Below the pieces are notes generated by a model. It had not been told where the DNA came from and ran no database searches. It saw nothing but the letters and a program-made list of their open reading frames with translations. The position numbers were made by a program, and so were the translations under genes. From the NCBI GenBank assembly GCA_964373815.1, contig CAYJWI010000001.1, forward strand, positions 7,885-71,884: a stretch of 64,000 nt of DNA, given 5' to 3'. Positions 51,600-62,228 of this stretch are shown piece by piece (positions within the stretch are counted from its first letter, which is position 1; each line of letters begins with the position of its first letter). The DNA is from an uncultured archaeon. GTDB taxonomy: Archaea > Iainarchaeota > Iainarchaeia > Iainarchaeales > Iainarchaeaceae.

Positions 51600-52997
51600 T
51601 CACTCATCGCCTTTCCTGAATTTCTTGCCGTACTTTTCGAGGTGCTCGAGCTTTACCCTCTTCAATTCCTTTTTTGGAAGCATTGCGAAGAGCTCCCAGC
51701 CCAAATCGAGCGTCTGCTCTATCGAGCGGTTCTCGTTGCGGCCTTGCCTTATGAACCTCTTTTCGAACTCATCTGCAAACTTGAGGTACTTCCTATCATT
51801 TTCGGATAGCGCTTCCTCACCTACGACCGCGCTTAGCGCGCGCAAATCCATTCCTTGCGCGTATCCGGCGTACAATTGGTCCGCGACCCCGCGGTGGTCT
51901 TCCCTTGTCTTGCCGTTGCCGATTCCAAGGTTCATCAGCCTCGAGAGGCATGGGAGAACATCGATTGGCGGGAATATGCCTTTTCTGTGAAGCTCCCTTC
52001 CAACAACGATTTGCCCTTCCGTGATGTATCCCGTAAGGTCGGGGATTGGGTGAGTGATGTCATCTGATGGCATTGAAAGTATCGCAATCTGGGTGACAGA
52101 GCCTTTCTTCCCTTTTATGACCCCCGCCCTTTCGTAAAGTGATGCGAGGTCGGTGTAAGTGTAGCCCGGATATCCCCTTCTGCCCGGCACTTCCTTTCTC
52201 GCCCCCGCGATTTCACGCAGGGCTTCGCAGTAGTTGGTCATGTCCGTGATTATTACAAGCACGTGCATGCCCTTTTCGAACGCCAAATATTCCGCGGTGG
52301 TGAGCGCCATCCTTGGGGTTATGAGCCTCTCAACGCTCGGGTCATCCGCGAGGTTGAGGAAAAGCACGCTCCTCTCGAGCGCCCCCGTCCTTTCAAAATC
52401 CTTCATGAAAAAGCTAGATTCCTCGTGGGTAATCCCTATAGCGGCGAACACGACCGCGAAGTTCTCGCTCTTGTTTCTAACCTTTGCCTGCCTTGCTATC
52501 TGCACGGCAAGCTCGTTGTGCGGAAGGCCCGAGCCTGAAAAAATCGGGAGCTTTTGCCCCCTTACAAGCGTATTGAGGCCGTCGATTGTGCTTATCCCTG
52601 TCTGGATGAAATCCTTTGGCTTTTCCCTCGCCATCGGGTTTATCGCAGCGCCTATGATGTCGATTTTCTTTTCTGCAATAATCGGAGCGCCTTTGTCGCG
52701 TGGCTCCCCGAGGCCGTTGAACACCCTTCCGAGCATTTCTTCGGAGACGCTAAGCTTCATTGTGTCGCCGAGGAATTTCACCTTTGTCCTCTCTATGTCA
52801 AGCCCTGTTGTGGGACCGAAAATCTGTATTACTGCCTTCCCTTTCGAAGTTTCGAGCACCTGCCCCTTCCTCTTCTCGCCGTTCGGGAGCTTTACTTCGA
52901 CTATCTCGTTGTAGCCGACGTTCTCAACCCTGTCCACGAATACGAGCGGGCCCTCGATGCTTGTCACCGTCTGGTATTCCTTCATCATTGCTGCCAT
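51600..52997 (-). CDS. atpB: A-type ATP synthase subunit B
   Basis: 465-aa [26 protein letters not shown] and overall A/V-type B-subunit pattern. Confidence 0.9.
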   Translation of the reverse strand: MAAMMKEYQTVTSIEGPLVFVDRVENVGYNEIVEVKLPNGEKRKGQVLETSKGKAVIQIFGPTTGLDIERTKVKFLGDTMKLSVSEEMLGRVFNGLGEPRDKGAPIIAEKKIDIIGAAINPMAREKPKDFIQTGISTIDGLNTLVRGQKLPIFSGSGLPHNELAVQIARQAKVRNKSENFAVVFAAIGITHEESSFFMKDFERTGALERSVLFLNLADDPSVERLITPRMALTTAEYLAFEKGMHVLVIITDMTNYCEALREIAGARKEVPGRRGYPGYTYTDLASLYERAGVIKGKKGSVTQIAILSMPSDDITHPIPDLTGYITEGQIVVGRELHRKGIFPPIDVLPCLSRLMNLGIGNGKTREDHRGVADQLYAGYAQGMDLRALSAVVGEEALSENDRKYLKFADEFEKRFIRQGRNENRSIEQTLDLGWELFAMLPKKELKRVKLEHLEKYGKKFRKGDE

Positions 52998-53005
52998 GCA
53001 TTCAC

Positions 53006-56000
53006 CTATCTTGCCTCTTTCACTGCTTTTTCAAATTCAGAATCCATTTCCACAATTATTCCTTCAATGCCCTTTTCGGCATCCTTTTCCGCGAGCTCCT
53101 TCATCCTCGCTATCTTCTCGCGCACCTTGAGCGCGGTAACAGCCTTTAGCTGCACCCCGAGTTCGAGCGCATCAACCGCCTTGTCATAGAAGCGCAGTAT
53201 TGCCTTGAGCATCCTGTACTGCTTCTTTAGGGATGAGAAAGCGTCGATGTCGCTGAACGCTGACTGCTGCAGGAAATCCTCCCTTAACATCCTTGTGGCA
53301 TCGAGCACCATCTGCTCCTTTTCAGGGAGCGCATCAGGGCCTACTAGCTGCACGATTTCCTGCAGCTCCGCTTCCTTTTGCAAAAGCGCCATGGCCTTTC
53401 CCCGGTTATCCGCCCAATCGGGTGCAACGAGGTTCGCGTAAGTCGCATCCAGCGAATTCGTGTACAATGAGTATGACTTGAGCCAGTTGATTGCGGGGAA
53501 GTGCCTTCTCTGCGCGAGCTTGGCATCAAGCGCCCAGAACACCTTTGTTACGCGCAAGGTGTTCTGCGACACAGGCTCCGAAACATCCCCTCCGGGAGGC
53601 GAGACCGCCCCGATGACTGAAATCGAGCCGTTCCTTTCCGGTGAGCCCACACAAACAATTCTTCCCGCCCTTTCGTAGAACTCTGCGAGCCTTCTTGCAA
53701 GGTACGGCGGATACCCCTCTTCACCCGGCATCTCCTCAATCCTTCCCGAAATTTCCCTCATCGCTTCCGCCCACCTTGAAGTGGAATCCGCCATGAGCGC
53801 GACATCATAACCCATGTCCCTGTAGTATTCCGCAATCGTTATTCCTGTGTAAATGGACGCTTCCCTTGCAGCGACCGGCATGTTGGAGGTGTTCGCTATA
53901 AGCACGGTCCTCTGCATGAGCGGCTTTTTGGTCTTCGGGTCCACGAGTTCCGGGAATTCCGTCAGCACTTCGGTCATCTCGTTGCCCCGTTCGCCGCATC
54001 CGATGTAGACGATTATCTGCGAATCGCTGAATTTTGCGAGTGACTGCTGTGTCACAGTGTTGTGCAAAAGCATAGGCTGGTTGCCTGAAATAAAATTGTG
54101 TGTTTCTGGCACAGTGAGGTCGTAGACGTACTGTTCGGAATTTATTTCCCTGATTTGTGTTATTTTATCGCAGAATACGTCCTCTAATGACTGTGCAAAC
54201 TCATAGAGCCTTCCTTCAATTCCCAGCTTTTCCACTATTGACTGGAATGTCGTGGAGGTTTGGTTGAGTTGCTTGTAGTATGCGATTGTGGATACTCCCT
54301 TTTTCTGCAGTTCCCACGGTTTGATTCCTTCAAGTATTTCCCTAAATAATTCTGGTGTCATGGGGACAATGTCTTTGGACGTATAATAATGCTTTTTCTC
54401 ATAATATGAATCGATTTTATTTGCCTCTTTTGGAGCAATAAAGATTCTGTAATATGTTCCTTTTGCGGTGTTTTTGACCGCGCAGGTGTGGAGTATTCCC
54501 ATTTTTGTGAGAACATATGAGAGGCCAGTCTGCATTTTATGTGATGCAGAAGTGATTTCCGCATCATTCTCACCGATATGGCCATCGCCCTTGATGTATG
54601 CTTTCAGGAAAGCTTTGCACACTGCGTTCGGTGATGTGAGGAGTTGTTTTGGCACTCTCACGTTTCTGGACTTCTTTATGAATGGGAAGCCCATTGAATT
54701 GAGGAATTTTGCCAAAGAAGCGTGGTTAACGCTCACGGCCCAAACGGTGTTTGCGTAGATTTCTTTTGAATCGAGGTTGAATATTTTTTTCAGGAGGAAA
54801 GAAACCCTTTTCCGAAGCTCCTTGTCATTGTTGTAGAATTCTACCACTTTTTTATCTTTTATGCTTCCTTCAGCCATTAGGAAGCCAAGGAATTCCGCAA
54901 GCTCCTCATCTAGGTATTTTGGGAGGCTGATTGGCTTTGATTGCCTTTGGGCCTTGATTTCGCTGAATTCAATTTCCACCCCACTTAGTGTCATTAGGCT
55001 TTTCAGAAAACTTAGGGTTGGTTTGTTGGTTTCGGAGTAAAATGCTGACATTGTATGCTTTGGAACCCCTAAAAGTATTCCAAGTTCTTTTCTATCCATG
55101 CCCCTTTTACTGCATTCTTGGTCTATTACCGATTTCATCTTTTTTAGGGCTTTGGCATCAGTTATCCTGCAGTCAAAGTCCACGGCCAATTTTTGGGTTT
55201 CCCCACTGAACGGGATTTTTCTTGGAGATATTATATAGTCGCCTTCCCTTAATTCCTGTGAAGGCGTTTCTTCTATCCCAAGCTTCTCGTTTATCCTAAA
55301 TAACTTGTGCACTGGTGTTACTTGCACTTTTCTCCCGCTGCGGGTCTTCACTTCAATCATTTTGTCTGTCTTTCCCCTGTAAAGTGTTGTGGCAAGCGTA
55401 TCGGTTATTTCTTTGCCATTAAATGTATACACTTTTAGAGGCTCTTTTAGATTAATTATTGTTTCATAATTATTTTCTTCAATTGAATTGGCCTTATTAT
55501 CCTCCTCTGCTTGGAATATCTCCTGAATTGGCCTCAGTTCGTCATTTGCCAGCACAATTGTATTGCCGTCTATGCATTTCCCAGAACCAAATGGCCCTGG
55601 TATCGCCGCTGTCCCGCCTTTTGAAATCGGGAAGAACGTGTCAAGTATTCTCTGTCCCGTGATTAGCGGGGTATTTGGCGGGAATTTTTCGGCATAGGGC
55701 CTCGGTTTTCTAACTTCCCATCTCTGGAGCATCTGCACTTCGCGCTTTTCCCTGCCGTCCTTTATCACCGCAATTGTTTCCTCTATTGTGAAACTGCCCT
55801 TGCTTATTTCCATGACTTCCCCGGAAATTCCGTGCGGCACCATTATCTTGTGAAGTATAATGCCAGTTTCCTGGACTTCGCCGAGGATGTCGCCTCCAGC
55901 GACCTTCTCGCCCCTCTTCGCTTTCGGCGTGAATGCCCACTTCTTTTCCCTGCTAAGCGAATTCGCGACAACCCCGCGGGCGATGAAGCTTCCGCTCTTT

Positions 56001-56281
56001 GCCATTATTGCATCAAGCGGCCTTTGTATCCCATCATAAACCGATTCAAGCAATCCGGGCCCCAGTTCAACCGTGAGGGGAAGCCCCGTGTTCTCGACAG
56101 GCTGGCCTGGCTTTAGCCCTGATGTGTCCTCATAGACCTGGATGGTTGCTCTATCGCCATTTAGCTTGATTATTTCGCCGATAAGCTTCTCCTTTCCAAC
56201 CTTTACGACGTCATACATTTTCGCCCCCGCCATTTTCTCCCCAACAACTACGGGTCCGACTATTTTTTGCAATTCTCCCAT
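53006..56281 (-). CDS. atpA: A-type ATP synthase subunit A, intein-containing precursor
   Basis: 1091-aa ORF. The exteins (235 + 350 aa) reconstitute GPFGSGK|[37 protein letters not shown]. Confidence 0.9.
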   Translation of the reverse strand: MGELQKIVGPVVVGEKMAGAKMYDVVKVGKEKLIGEIIKLNGDRATIQVYEDTSGLKPGQPVENTGLPLTVELGPGLLESVYDGIQRPLDAIMAKSGSFIARGVVANSLSREKKWAFTPKAKRGEKVAGGDILGEVQETGIILHKIMVPHGISGEVMEISKGSFTIEETIAVIKDGREKREVQMLQRWEVRKPRPYAEKFPPNTPLITGQRILDTFFPISKGGTAAIPGPFGSGKCIDGNTIVLANDELRPIQEIFQAEEDNKANSIEENNYETIINLKEPLKVYTFNGKEITDTLATTLYRGKTDKMIEVKTRSGRKVQVTPVHKLFRINEKLGIEETPSQELREGDYIISPRKIPFSGETQKLAVDFDCRITDAKALKKMKSVIDQECSKRGMDRKELGILLGVPKHTMSAFYSETNKPTLSFLKSLMTLSGVEIEFSEIKAQRQSKPISLPKYLDEELAEFLGFLMAEGSIKDKKVVEFYNNDKELRKRVSFLLKKIFNLDSKEIYANTVWAVSVNHASLAKFLNSMGFPFIKKSRNVRVPKQLLTSPNAVCKAFLKAYIKGDGHIGENDAEITSASHKMQTGLSYVLTKMGILHTCAVKNTAKGTYYRIFIAPKEANKIDSYYEKKHYYTSKDIVPMTPELFREILEGIKPWELQKKGVSTIAYYKQLNQTSTTFQSIVEKLGIEGRLYEFAQSLEDVFCDKITQIREINSEQYVYDLTVPETHNFISGNQPMLLHNTVTQQSLAKFSDSQIIVYIGCGERGNEMTEVLTEFPELVDPKTKKPLMQRTVLIANTSNMPVAAREASIYTGITIAEYYRDMGYDVALMADSTSRWAEAMREISGRIEEMPGEEGYPPYLARRLAEFYERAGRIVCVGSPERNGSISVIGAVSPPGGDVSEPVSQNTLRVTKVFWALDAKLAQRRHFPAINWLKSYSLYTNSLDATYANLVAPDWADNRGKAMALLQKEAELQEIVQLVGPDALPEKEQMVLDATRMLREDFLQQSAFSDIDAFSSLKKQYRMLKAILRFYDKAVDALELGVQLKAVTALKVREKIARMKELAEKDAEKGIEGIIVEMDSEFEKAVKEAR
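54059..55576 (-). mobile_element. 506-aa intein with LAGLIDADG homing endonuclease domain in the AtpA Walker A loop
   Basis: Begins CIDGNTIVL directly after GPFGSGK. Block B TPVH. LAGLIDADG motifs [14 protein letters not shown] and [13 protein letters not shown]. Ends [23 protein letters not shown], followed by the Thr +1 residue. Confidence 0.85.
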
Positions 56282-56445
56282 TTTGTCCCACCTCTGAATT
56301 TTTCCAATCCTTTAAGTTCCAAAACCTCTTCCAAATTTTCCGATATTCTCCTTCATTTCCAATCCTTCAACCTTTCAAACCATTCTTTGCTTCCATAATT
56401 TTCCAAACTTCTTATTCGCCCTAACCCTTCTCATCCTTTTCGCTT

Positions 56446-56775
56446 TCACTTCATCAATTCAAACCCAAGGGCCTTCTTTATCATCGCCCTCAATGAATCC
56501 CCCTGCTCCGCGGGGCCGCCCTTGTCCGGCACTGCTATGACCACGGGCTTTGCGAGCCTCTCGATTTTCTTCTTGAGCCTCCAATCAGCCCCGTTCATTA
56601 TCTTCTCATTCACAATTACAATCCCGGTTCCCGGGTCCGCGAGCAGTTCCTCGATTTTTGCCTCTGCCTCCTTTCCTTCGGCGAGATGAACATCCCGTAT
56701 CCCCGCAAGCCTAAAGCCGGTGCATGTAGGCCCGTCAGCCACAACCGCAATCCTATGTGAGTATTTTTCTTCCAT
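56446..56775 (-). CDS. atpF: A-type ATP synthase subunit F
   Basis: Start at MEEKYSHRIAVVADGPTCTGFRLAGI. The ATG lies 2 nt after the atpC stop. Confidence 0.75.
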   Translation of the reverse strand: MEEKYSHRIAVVADGPTCTGFRLAGIRDVHLAEGKEAEAKIEELLADPGTGIVIVNEKIMNGADWRLKKKIERLAKPVVIAVPDKGGPAEQGDSLRAMIKKALGFELMK

Positions 56776-56777
56776 GT

Positions 56778-57851
56778 TCACACCAGCACAACCATTTCCA
56801 TAATCTTTTCTGCAGGGAGGCTGAATTCCTTCGCGCGGCAAATCTTGCGGATGTTTGCGACTTCCTGCTCCTTTAGCAGGAGGAATCCCGCAATCGCGCC
56901 AAGTGAGAGCACGCTCGTCCGGAGGCCAGTGAGGGCTTTTTTCGCGATCCCTTTCTCTATTTCCACTTCCACCGGAATAAGGCTCCCTGTTTTCCTGAAC
57001 TCCTCTAGCGCTTTCCCGATTTTGTAATTTTTCTCGAAAGCCTTCGCGGCTTCCTCGACGTTTTTCGCCGAAGCTGCCTGCATGAGGGAATCCCTTGTTA
57101 TGCTTCCGCCGCTTATGAGTAGTTCCGCAATCCTGTCCTCCTTCATGCCGGCCTTTTTCGCGCGCAGGACATTTGAAACATTCTTCAAATCGCCCTGCGC
57201 CTTTAGCATGTTGAGTATTATCCTCTCGTCCCCATAAGGGTTCCTGACAATCTGCGGGAGCTTCCTGTAGTAATACTCATCGAGGCTGGAAATAAGCGTG
57301 TTGATTTCCCGCTCCTTCCCGTACTTGCCCATTGCCTTCTCGAGCAGCGAGCCGTAAGGCGTTCCGCCGAGCTCCGCAACAGCTTCCTTTAGCCCTTTTG
57401 CATCAAGCATGCGGTTCAGAAGTCCCTTTGAGAGCACCCCTGTTTCAGTGATGAGGCTTGCCGCAGTTTCCTTGCCCTCGCCGAGGTGCTTTGTGATGAG
57501 GATTGTCTTGAGGTTTTCAATGTCGTATTTCTCGAACAGCTCATCCATTTTTTTTTGCGCATCCTTTGGCGTGAGAGCCCTGATTTTTTTCAGCAGCCTT
57601 GAAAAGTTCTTTGTGCACGCGAGCTCTATCTGGTCGGAAATGCTGCGCCCCTTCATCGCCGAGCCCACGAGATCCTGCCTGTAAGGTGTTTTCTCGAGCA
57701 GCGAATAAACTTCATCCGGGTTTTTCGCGTCCATCATAGCAACCGTCTCCTTTTCGGAGAGCAGCAGGCCCTTCATCGCCTTTACGCGCGCGTTCGCATA
57801 CCCAAAATTGATTGCCCTTTCGACAATCCCCGCCTCGTAAAGTATGCCCAT
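56778..57851 (-). CDS. atpC: A-type ATP synthase subunit C
   Basis: Start at MGILYEAG, 4 nt after the atpE stop. Length (~357 aa) and helical repeat character fit subunit C (d). The call rests largely on position. Confidence 0.7.
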   Translation of the reverse strand: MGILYEAGIVERAINFGYANARVKAMKGLLLSEKETVAMMDAKNPDEVYSLLEKTPYRQDLVGSAMKGRSISDQIELACTKNFSRLLKKIRALTPKDAQKKMDELFEKYDIENLKTILITKHLGEGKETAASLITETGVLSKGLLNRMLDAKGLKEAVAELGGTPYGSLLEKAMGKYGKEREINTLISSLDEYYYRKLPQIVRNPYGDERIILNMLKAQGDLKNVSNVLRAKKAGMKEDRIAELLISGGSITRDSLMQAASAKNVEEAAKAFEKNYKIGKALEEFRKTGSLIPVEVEIEKGIAKKALTGLRTSVLSLGAIAGFLLLKEQEVANIRKICRAKEFSLPAEKIMEMVVLV

Positions 57852-57855
57852 CAAA

Positions 57856-58428
57856 TCACTTCCCTTCCTTTGTGAGCGTGGAAAATATCGCGCTCTTTGC
57901 CTCTTCCTTCCCATTCTCGAAAATCGATTCAAGCGAGTTGTCTATTGTTATGCTGCCATCTTTGGTGCAAACTATAGCCCCGCCTGCGATGTCAGCGGGT
58001 TTCTGGGAGACGTTTTCCGAAAACTTTTTCGCGAGCTTCAAATCGGATGAATTCACGTTCACCATCGCCTTTTCCCCGAGCTCCTTTTCAGCGCCGGTTA
58101 TGAGCCTCTTCATCATTGCTTCATACTCATTTGTTTGCGTGACTTTGCGAAACTCATCCCACATTGCCGAAAGGGACTCTTCGAGGAGCCGGTTCCGTGC
58201 CTCGGTGACTGTTTTCTTCGCCTTTAGCTGGGCCGAGCTTATCCTCTCATTGCTCTCCGCCTCCGCTGCCAGCCTTGCCCTCTCCTTTGCCTCCGCCCTT
58301 ATTTTTGCGGAGGCTTCGGCTGCCTGTGCGAGGATTTCTTCCGCCTGCTTTTCGGCCTGCGAAACGATTTTGCGCGCCTCTGCGCTGCCTTCCGCGACAA
58401 GGCTTTTCTTCAGGTTTTCGAGTTCCAT
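57856..58428 (-). CDS. atpE: A-type ATP synthase subunit E
   Basis: 190-aa ORF with a long N-terminal Ala/Glu/Lys-rich helix and a globular C-terminus. Position in the operon fits. Confidence 0.7.
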   Translation of the reverse strand: MELENLKKSLVAEGSAEARKIVSQAEKQAEEILAQAAEASAKIRAEAKERARLAAEAESNERISSAQLKAKKTVTEARNRLLEESLSAMWDEFRKVTQTNEYEAMMKRLITGAEKELGEKAMVNVNSSDLKLAKKFSENVSQKPADIAGGAIVCTKDGSITIDNSLESIFENGKEEAKSAIFSTLTKEGK

Positions 58429-58560
58429 TTTTCCAATCCGCCTAATTCAATTCTCTTTCTTGATACTTTTCCCTCTTGCGATTTTCTTCCCTAATATATC
58501 TCTTTTATTGTAATCCATTCTCCCTCAAAAAAAACGGGAGGACCTTAATTTTCCAACCCC

Positions 58561-58785
58561 TCACTTGAAGAGCAGGAGCAATGCCACGACAAAGCTGAAT
58601 ATGATTATCGTCTCCGGTATTACGAGCCAGATTATCAGCTTTGATGCCATGTCCGGCTTTTCGGCTATGACGCCCACTGCGCTTGCACCGATTCCGGCCT
58701 GGGCCACCCCTGTCCCCAACGCGCCCCCGAGAATCGCAAGGCCAGCGCCTATAGCGGCCATTCCGGCAGTTTCAATAGCGACCAT
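58561..58785 (-). CDS. atpK: A-type ATP synthase proteolipid subunit K (c)
   Basis: Start at MVAIETAG with GGAGGTG 8 nt upstream. Two-helix hairpin with Gly-rich helix 1 and the carboxylate in LVIPETIIIF. Confidence 0.8.
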   Translation of the reverse strand: MVAIETAGMAAIGAGLAILGGALGTGVAQAGIGASAVGVIAEKPDMASKLIIWLVIPETIIIFSFVVALLLLFK

Positions 58786-58802
58786 TTTTCCACACCTCCT
58801 TT

Positions 58803-60707
58803 TCATTCCCTCAAATATTTTTTTTCAAGCTTGAAAGGCGCGAACTCCTTTCCCCCGCCCTCGTAAAACTTGGAATAGAACTCCACAAAATTGAGCCTTG
58901 CGCCCTGTATGAATGACTCGAACATCGCCAAAAAGGCGTTGAACAAATGGCCGCAAATGTAGAGTGGAAGCAAAAGTATTATTAAGAATCCCTTGTCGAG
59001 GGAGGGGAAAGCGAGCTCGTTTAGTATGAACGCAATCACCGTGCCCACAAGGCCCACCGCAAGTATCCTCGCGAATGAAAGCACGTTGCCCATGACGCTT
59101 GGTATCTCGATAAGGCCCATCGGCCCCTCCGCCTTGAGCATCGCGAGCAGTGAAATTCCCATGGCAACCCCGGCGGGAAGCGCGAAAGCCTGGGGGAACG
59201 CGTTGAACATCACAGTGCTCACAAGCACGCTCCCGGACGCAACTATCCCGAACCACCCTATCTTTGCGAGCGCGTGCTTTTTGTCGCCGTGCTTTGTCGC
59301 ATTCAGGAAACCGAGCAGGAATCCGGTGCAGACCGTAAGCAGGCCGAAAAGTATTGTCGCGGTGAGCAGGAACTGCACGTTGTGCAGCCTCTCAAGCCCG
59401 TGGTAGAGCGAGAAATTGTGCAGGCCGAAAAAGACTTCCGCGATTCTTTCGTGCGAAAACCCGGCGAACTCGTCAAAAATGAGCCCGAAGATTATTGTGG
59501 GGATAGCGCCCCACATCCAGATTATCGAAACCGGCTTTAGTATGCTCTGCTCGGGAACCCTCTTCATTATCGCCCTCGCTATGAGGAATGAAACTATCCC
59601 GTAAATGAAATCGCCAACCATCATGCCGTAAAAAATCGGGAAGAAAAAGAGGAAAACGAGCGTGGGGTCGAGTTCATTGCTCCTCGGCACTGAAACGTAC
59701 TTTGTCATGAACTCGAAAGGGGCAAGCGCCTTCGAGTGCTCGAGCAATGTCGGCGCCTGCTCATGCCCCGCCTCCAGCTCCTTTGAGGAAAACTTCCTTA
59801 CCTCGATTTTTTTCCCGAAATTTTCCCCAACTATTTTTTCAAATTCATGGAAATTCCTTTCAGGCAGGTATGCCTCGAGCACGAACGTGTGCTCTGTGCT
59901 CCCAAGCATTGCCGCTGCGTTGGATTTTGCGACCTCCCCGCCAAGGCTTTCGCGCGCCGCGCCGATTTTTCCGTATTCCCTTGATGAAACCCCGCAAAGC
60001 CCTTTTGAAATGGCTTTTTTGCGCTCCGTAAGCTCCAAAATCCTCTTCTCTGCCTTAACCATTTCAGCTGAAGGCGTGGAACCCATTTCTGGGATAGTGA
60101 CCCTCTCAAAGCCCGCCTTCGAGAGTTCCTCGAGGGCGCCCTCCATGCTCTTCGGGTAGGCTACAAGCACCATTGAGGATGTCTTGGAGGCGCTTTTCTC
60201 GACGAATTTCAATCCGGGCGCCTTTTCGAGGGCTTCAATTACCGCCTGCCTGTTCCTTCCGCTGACAAGGCCCGCGGCAACGCCTGCGGTCTGCGCCTTC
60301 ATTTTGGAAAAATCAGCGTCAAACCCTGAAAAGAGCCGTAGCCTTGACTTCAAATCCTTGAGCGACTCGATTTCGTTTCCAATCCCCTCAAGCTCCGCGT
60401 TTGCTTCCCCTATCCTCTTCTCCGCCTGCCTGAAATCCTTCGAGCCCAGGTATGCCGCCGCTTCCTTTTCCGTGATTTTTTTAGAAGACTGCCCGCCTTC
60501 AAGCGAGCCAGCAAGGGCCTCGAGCCTTAGGAGCTTTTCAACGGCCTCGTTGTGGCTTTCGAAGTTTTTTGCGTTCTGCATTTCGTGGCTGCTGAACCTC
60601 TTTATCTCCGCGCCGCCGAATTTTTCGAGGCAGTCGATTGCCTTCCGGATGCCGCTGCGAAGGCCTATCACCCTCACTTTGCACATCTTTGCGGGCCAGA
60701 ACATCAT
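58803..60707 (-). CDS. atpI: A-type ATP synthase subunit I (a)
   Basis: 634-aa ORF with a soluble coiled N-terminal half, a polytopic C-terminal half, and SFARILAVGL containing the conserved Arg. Confidence 0.85.
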   Translation of the reverse strand: MMFWPAKMCKVRVIGLRSGIRKAIDCLEKFGGAEIKRFSSHEMQNAKNFESHNEAVEKLLRLEALAGSLEGGQSSKKITEKEAAAYLGSKDFRQAEKRIGEANAELEGIGNEIESLKDLKSRLRLFSGFDADFSKMKAQTAGVAAGLVSGRNRQAVIEALEKAPGLKFVEKSASKTSSMVLVAYPKSMEGALEELSKAGFERVTIPEMGSTPSAEMVKAEKRILELTERKKAISKGLCGVSSREYGKIGAARESLGGEVAKSNAAAMLGSTEHTFVLEAYLPERNFHEFEKIVGENFGKKIEVRKFSSKELEAGHEQAPTLLEHSKALAPFEFMTKYVSVPRSNELDPTLVFLFFFPIFYGMMVGDFIYGIVSFLIARAIMKRVPEQSILKPVSIIWMWGAIPTIIFGLIFDEFAGFSHERIAEVFFGLHNFSLYHGLERLHNVQFLLTATILFGLLTVCTGFLLGFLNATKHGDKKHALAKIGWFGIVASGSVLVSTVMFNAFPQAFALPAGVAMGISLLAMLKAEGPMGLIEIPSVMGNVLSFARILAVGLVGTVIAFILNELAFPSLDKGFLIILLLPLYICGHLFNAFLAMFESFIQGARLNFVEFYSKFYEGGGKEFAPFKLEKKYLRE

Positions 60708-60713
60708 ATTATT

Positions 60714-61031
60714 TCACTTCACAAGGTTTTCAACGCACTTCCTTATCGCCGCGGCCGGGACCTGCATGGCTGAAATCTTTTCCGCTTCCTTCATCGCCCT
60801 CGAAACAATCGCCTTCTCTTCCTTTTCGCTCTCTTCGCGTGCCTTCGAGAGTATTTCCCCCTCTATTTTTCCGCAATCGTCCTTCGCCTTTGCCACCCAT
60901 CCCTTCGCCTTCGCCTCGGCGTCTGCTACTGTTTTCTCCGCGTTCTTTTTCGCGGACTCAAGTATTTTTTCCTTCTCCCTCTCCGCTTTCCTTATCCCCT
61001 CAAACTCTTCCACAAAGCCCTGTTCCTGCAT
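60714..61031 (-). CDS. atpH: A-type ATP synthase subunit H
   Basis: 105-aa Glu/Lys/Ala-rich helical protein directly upstream of atpI. The call rests on position and composition. Confidence 0.6.
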   Translation of the reverse strand: MQEQGFVEEFEGIRKAEREKEKILESAKKNAEKTVADAEAKAKGWVAKAKDDCGKIEGEILSKAREESEKEEKAIVSRAMKEAEKISAMQVPAAAIRKCVENLVK

Positions 61032-61343
61032 TCACTTCACCTTCCTTCTCTTCGCTTTCCTGGAAACGGCAATGCTCTCCATTGCAGCGGATGCGAATTT
61101 TGGTATAATGAAATACGAAGCCCCGAAAGCGATCGCGAGCAGGGCAAACGCCTGCTCTATGCTGAGAACGGAAAACTTCACCATTGCCACAAGGGCCAAA
61201 AAAAGCAGCAGGAAAAACGGGATTAGGTTGAGGAATGCGAATGCGAGCGAGAACCTCTTGATGTGGGCGAACTCGGTTTTTTTGAACGCCCTGGAGGGCT
61301 TTTTGCCAAGCTCCTTCCAGCCATAAAAAGTGTTTATTGCCAT
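61032..61343 (-). CDS. small 2-TM membrane protein at the head of the ATP synthase operon
   Basis: 103-aa ORF whose stop abuts the atpH start. Two hydrophobic helices and a basic tail RKAKRRKVK. Confidence 0.45.
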   Translation of the reverse strand: MAINTFYGWKELGKKPSRAFKKTEFAHIKRFSLAFAFLNLIPFFLLLFLALVAMVKFSVLSIEQAFALLAIAFGASYFIIPKFASAAMESIAVSRKAKRRKVK

Positions 61344-61583
61344 GAACTATCCAACCCTGAAATCCCCTTTGCCGCCCTTAAAGCACGCTTTAAGGTTCAC
61401 CAAGCTTTTTTTGCCTTGTACAATTAGATTGGGTGGGGGGTAGCTTAAAAAGCTATTCCTGGGTTGCTCTGCCAACTCCCCGATTCCGCTTTAATCCGTG
61501 CTTTACGGTAATTTTAAATGAATTAACACTGCAAGATGGATTAAATAAGGCAAAAAACCATGTAAACTGCAAGTGTCCTCTCC

Positions 61584-62228
61584 ATGCTTTCAAAACTCAG
61601 GGCCCAACTGCACTCATTTGTGAACATCGTCGCCTACCCTTTTGCGGGCATGCGCATAAACCCGAATATTTTCAGCATCTGTGCGGTTCCCCTTGCCATC
61701 CTTTCAGCATACCTTATTGTGCGCCAAGACTTCTACAACGCCTTCATCCTGGCTTTGCTCGCGGTTTCGGTCGACCTCTTCGACGGCGCCGTCGCCAGGC
61801 TGCAGAACAGGGAAACCCTTTTCGGGAATTACTTCGAGACCATGGTCGACAAAATGGTCGAAATAATACTTTTCATCGGCTGCGCATTCCTGTATCCAAT
61901 CGCATCCGTGTGCGCACTGGGCTTCTCGATGCTCGCAAGCTATGCAAAGCCCCGCGCAGCATTGGTGATAATCACGGACAACCGCGACTGGCCAGCAGTG
62001 GGGGAGCACTCGGAGAGAATGCTCCTGCTGCTCGCAGGGCTCTTGCTCTCGTTTTTCGGTTTTTCCTTTGCGGGCTACCGCGCGCTCGAGCTTTGCCTCT
62101 GGGCAATCGCACTCCTCGCCCTGATAGGTTCTTGGCAGAGGATATTCTACGCGAAGAAACTCATTGCGGAAGCGGAGAGGAAGGGCGAAGCGCTGCCGTA
62201 TTTGAAAAAAAAGCCCCTCAAAAACTAA
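61584..62228 (+). CDS. CDP-alcohol phosphatidyltransferase family protein
   Basis: DLFDGAVARLQNRETLFGNYFETMVDK fits DGxxARx8Gx3(D/E)x3D. Polytopic. Confidence 0.8.
   Translation: MLSKLRAQLHSFVNIVAYPFAGMRINPNIFSICAVPLAILSAYLIVRQDFYNAFILALLAVSVDLFDGAVARLQNRETLFGNYFETMVDKMVEIILFIGCAFLYPIASVCALGFSMLASYAKPRAALVIITDNRDWPAVGEHSERMLLLLAGLLLSFFGFSFAGYRALELCLWAIALLALIGSWQRIFYAKKLIAEAERKGEALPYLKKKPLKN

Noticed and set aside
56282-56445. Unusually long non-coding spacers inside the ATPase operon (164 nt between atpF and atpA, 132 nt between atpK and atpE). They contain repeated TTGGAA motifs and a shared 13-mer GGATTGGAAAAAT before atpA and atpE.
   Set aside because: By my rough estimate tens of exact 13-mer pairs are expected by chance in 64 kb, and the motif is low-complexity. 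No convincing ORF or RNA fold was found. The spacers may hold internal promoters, but the sequence alone does not support a specific claim.
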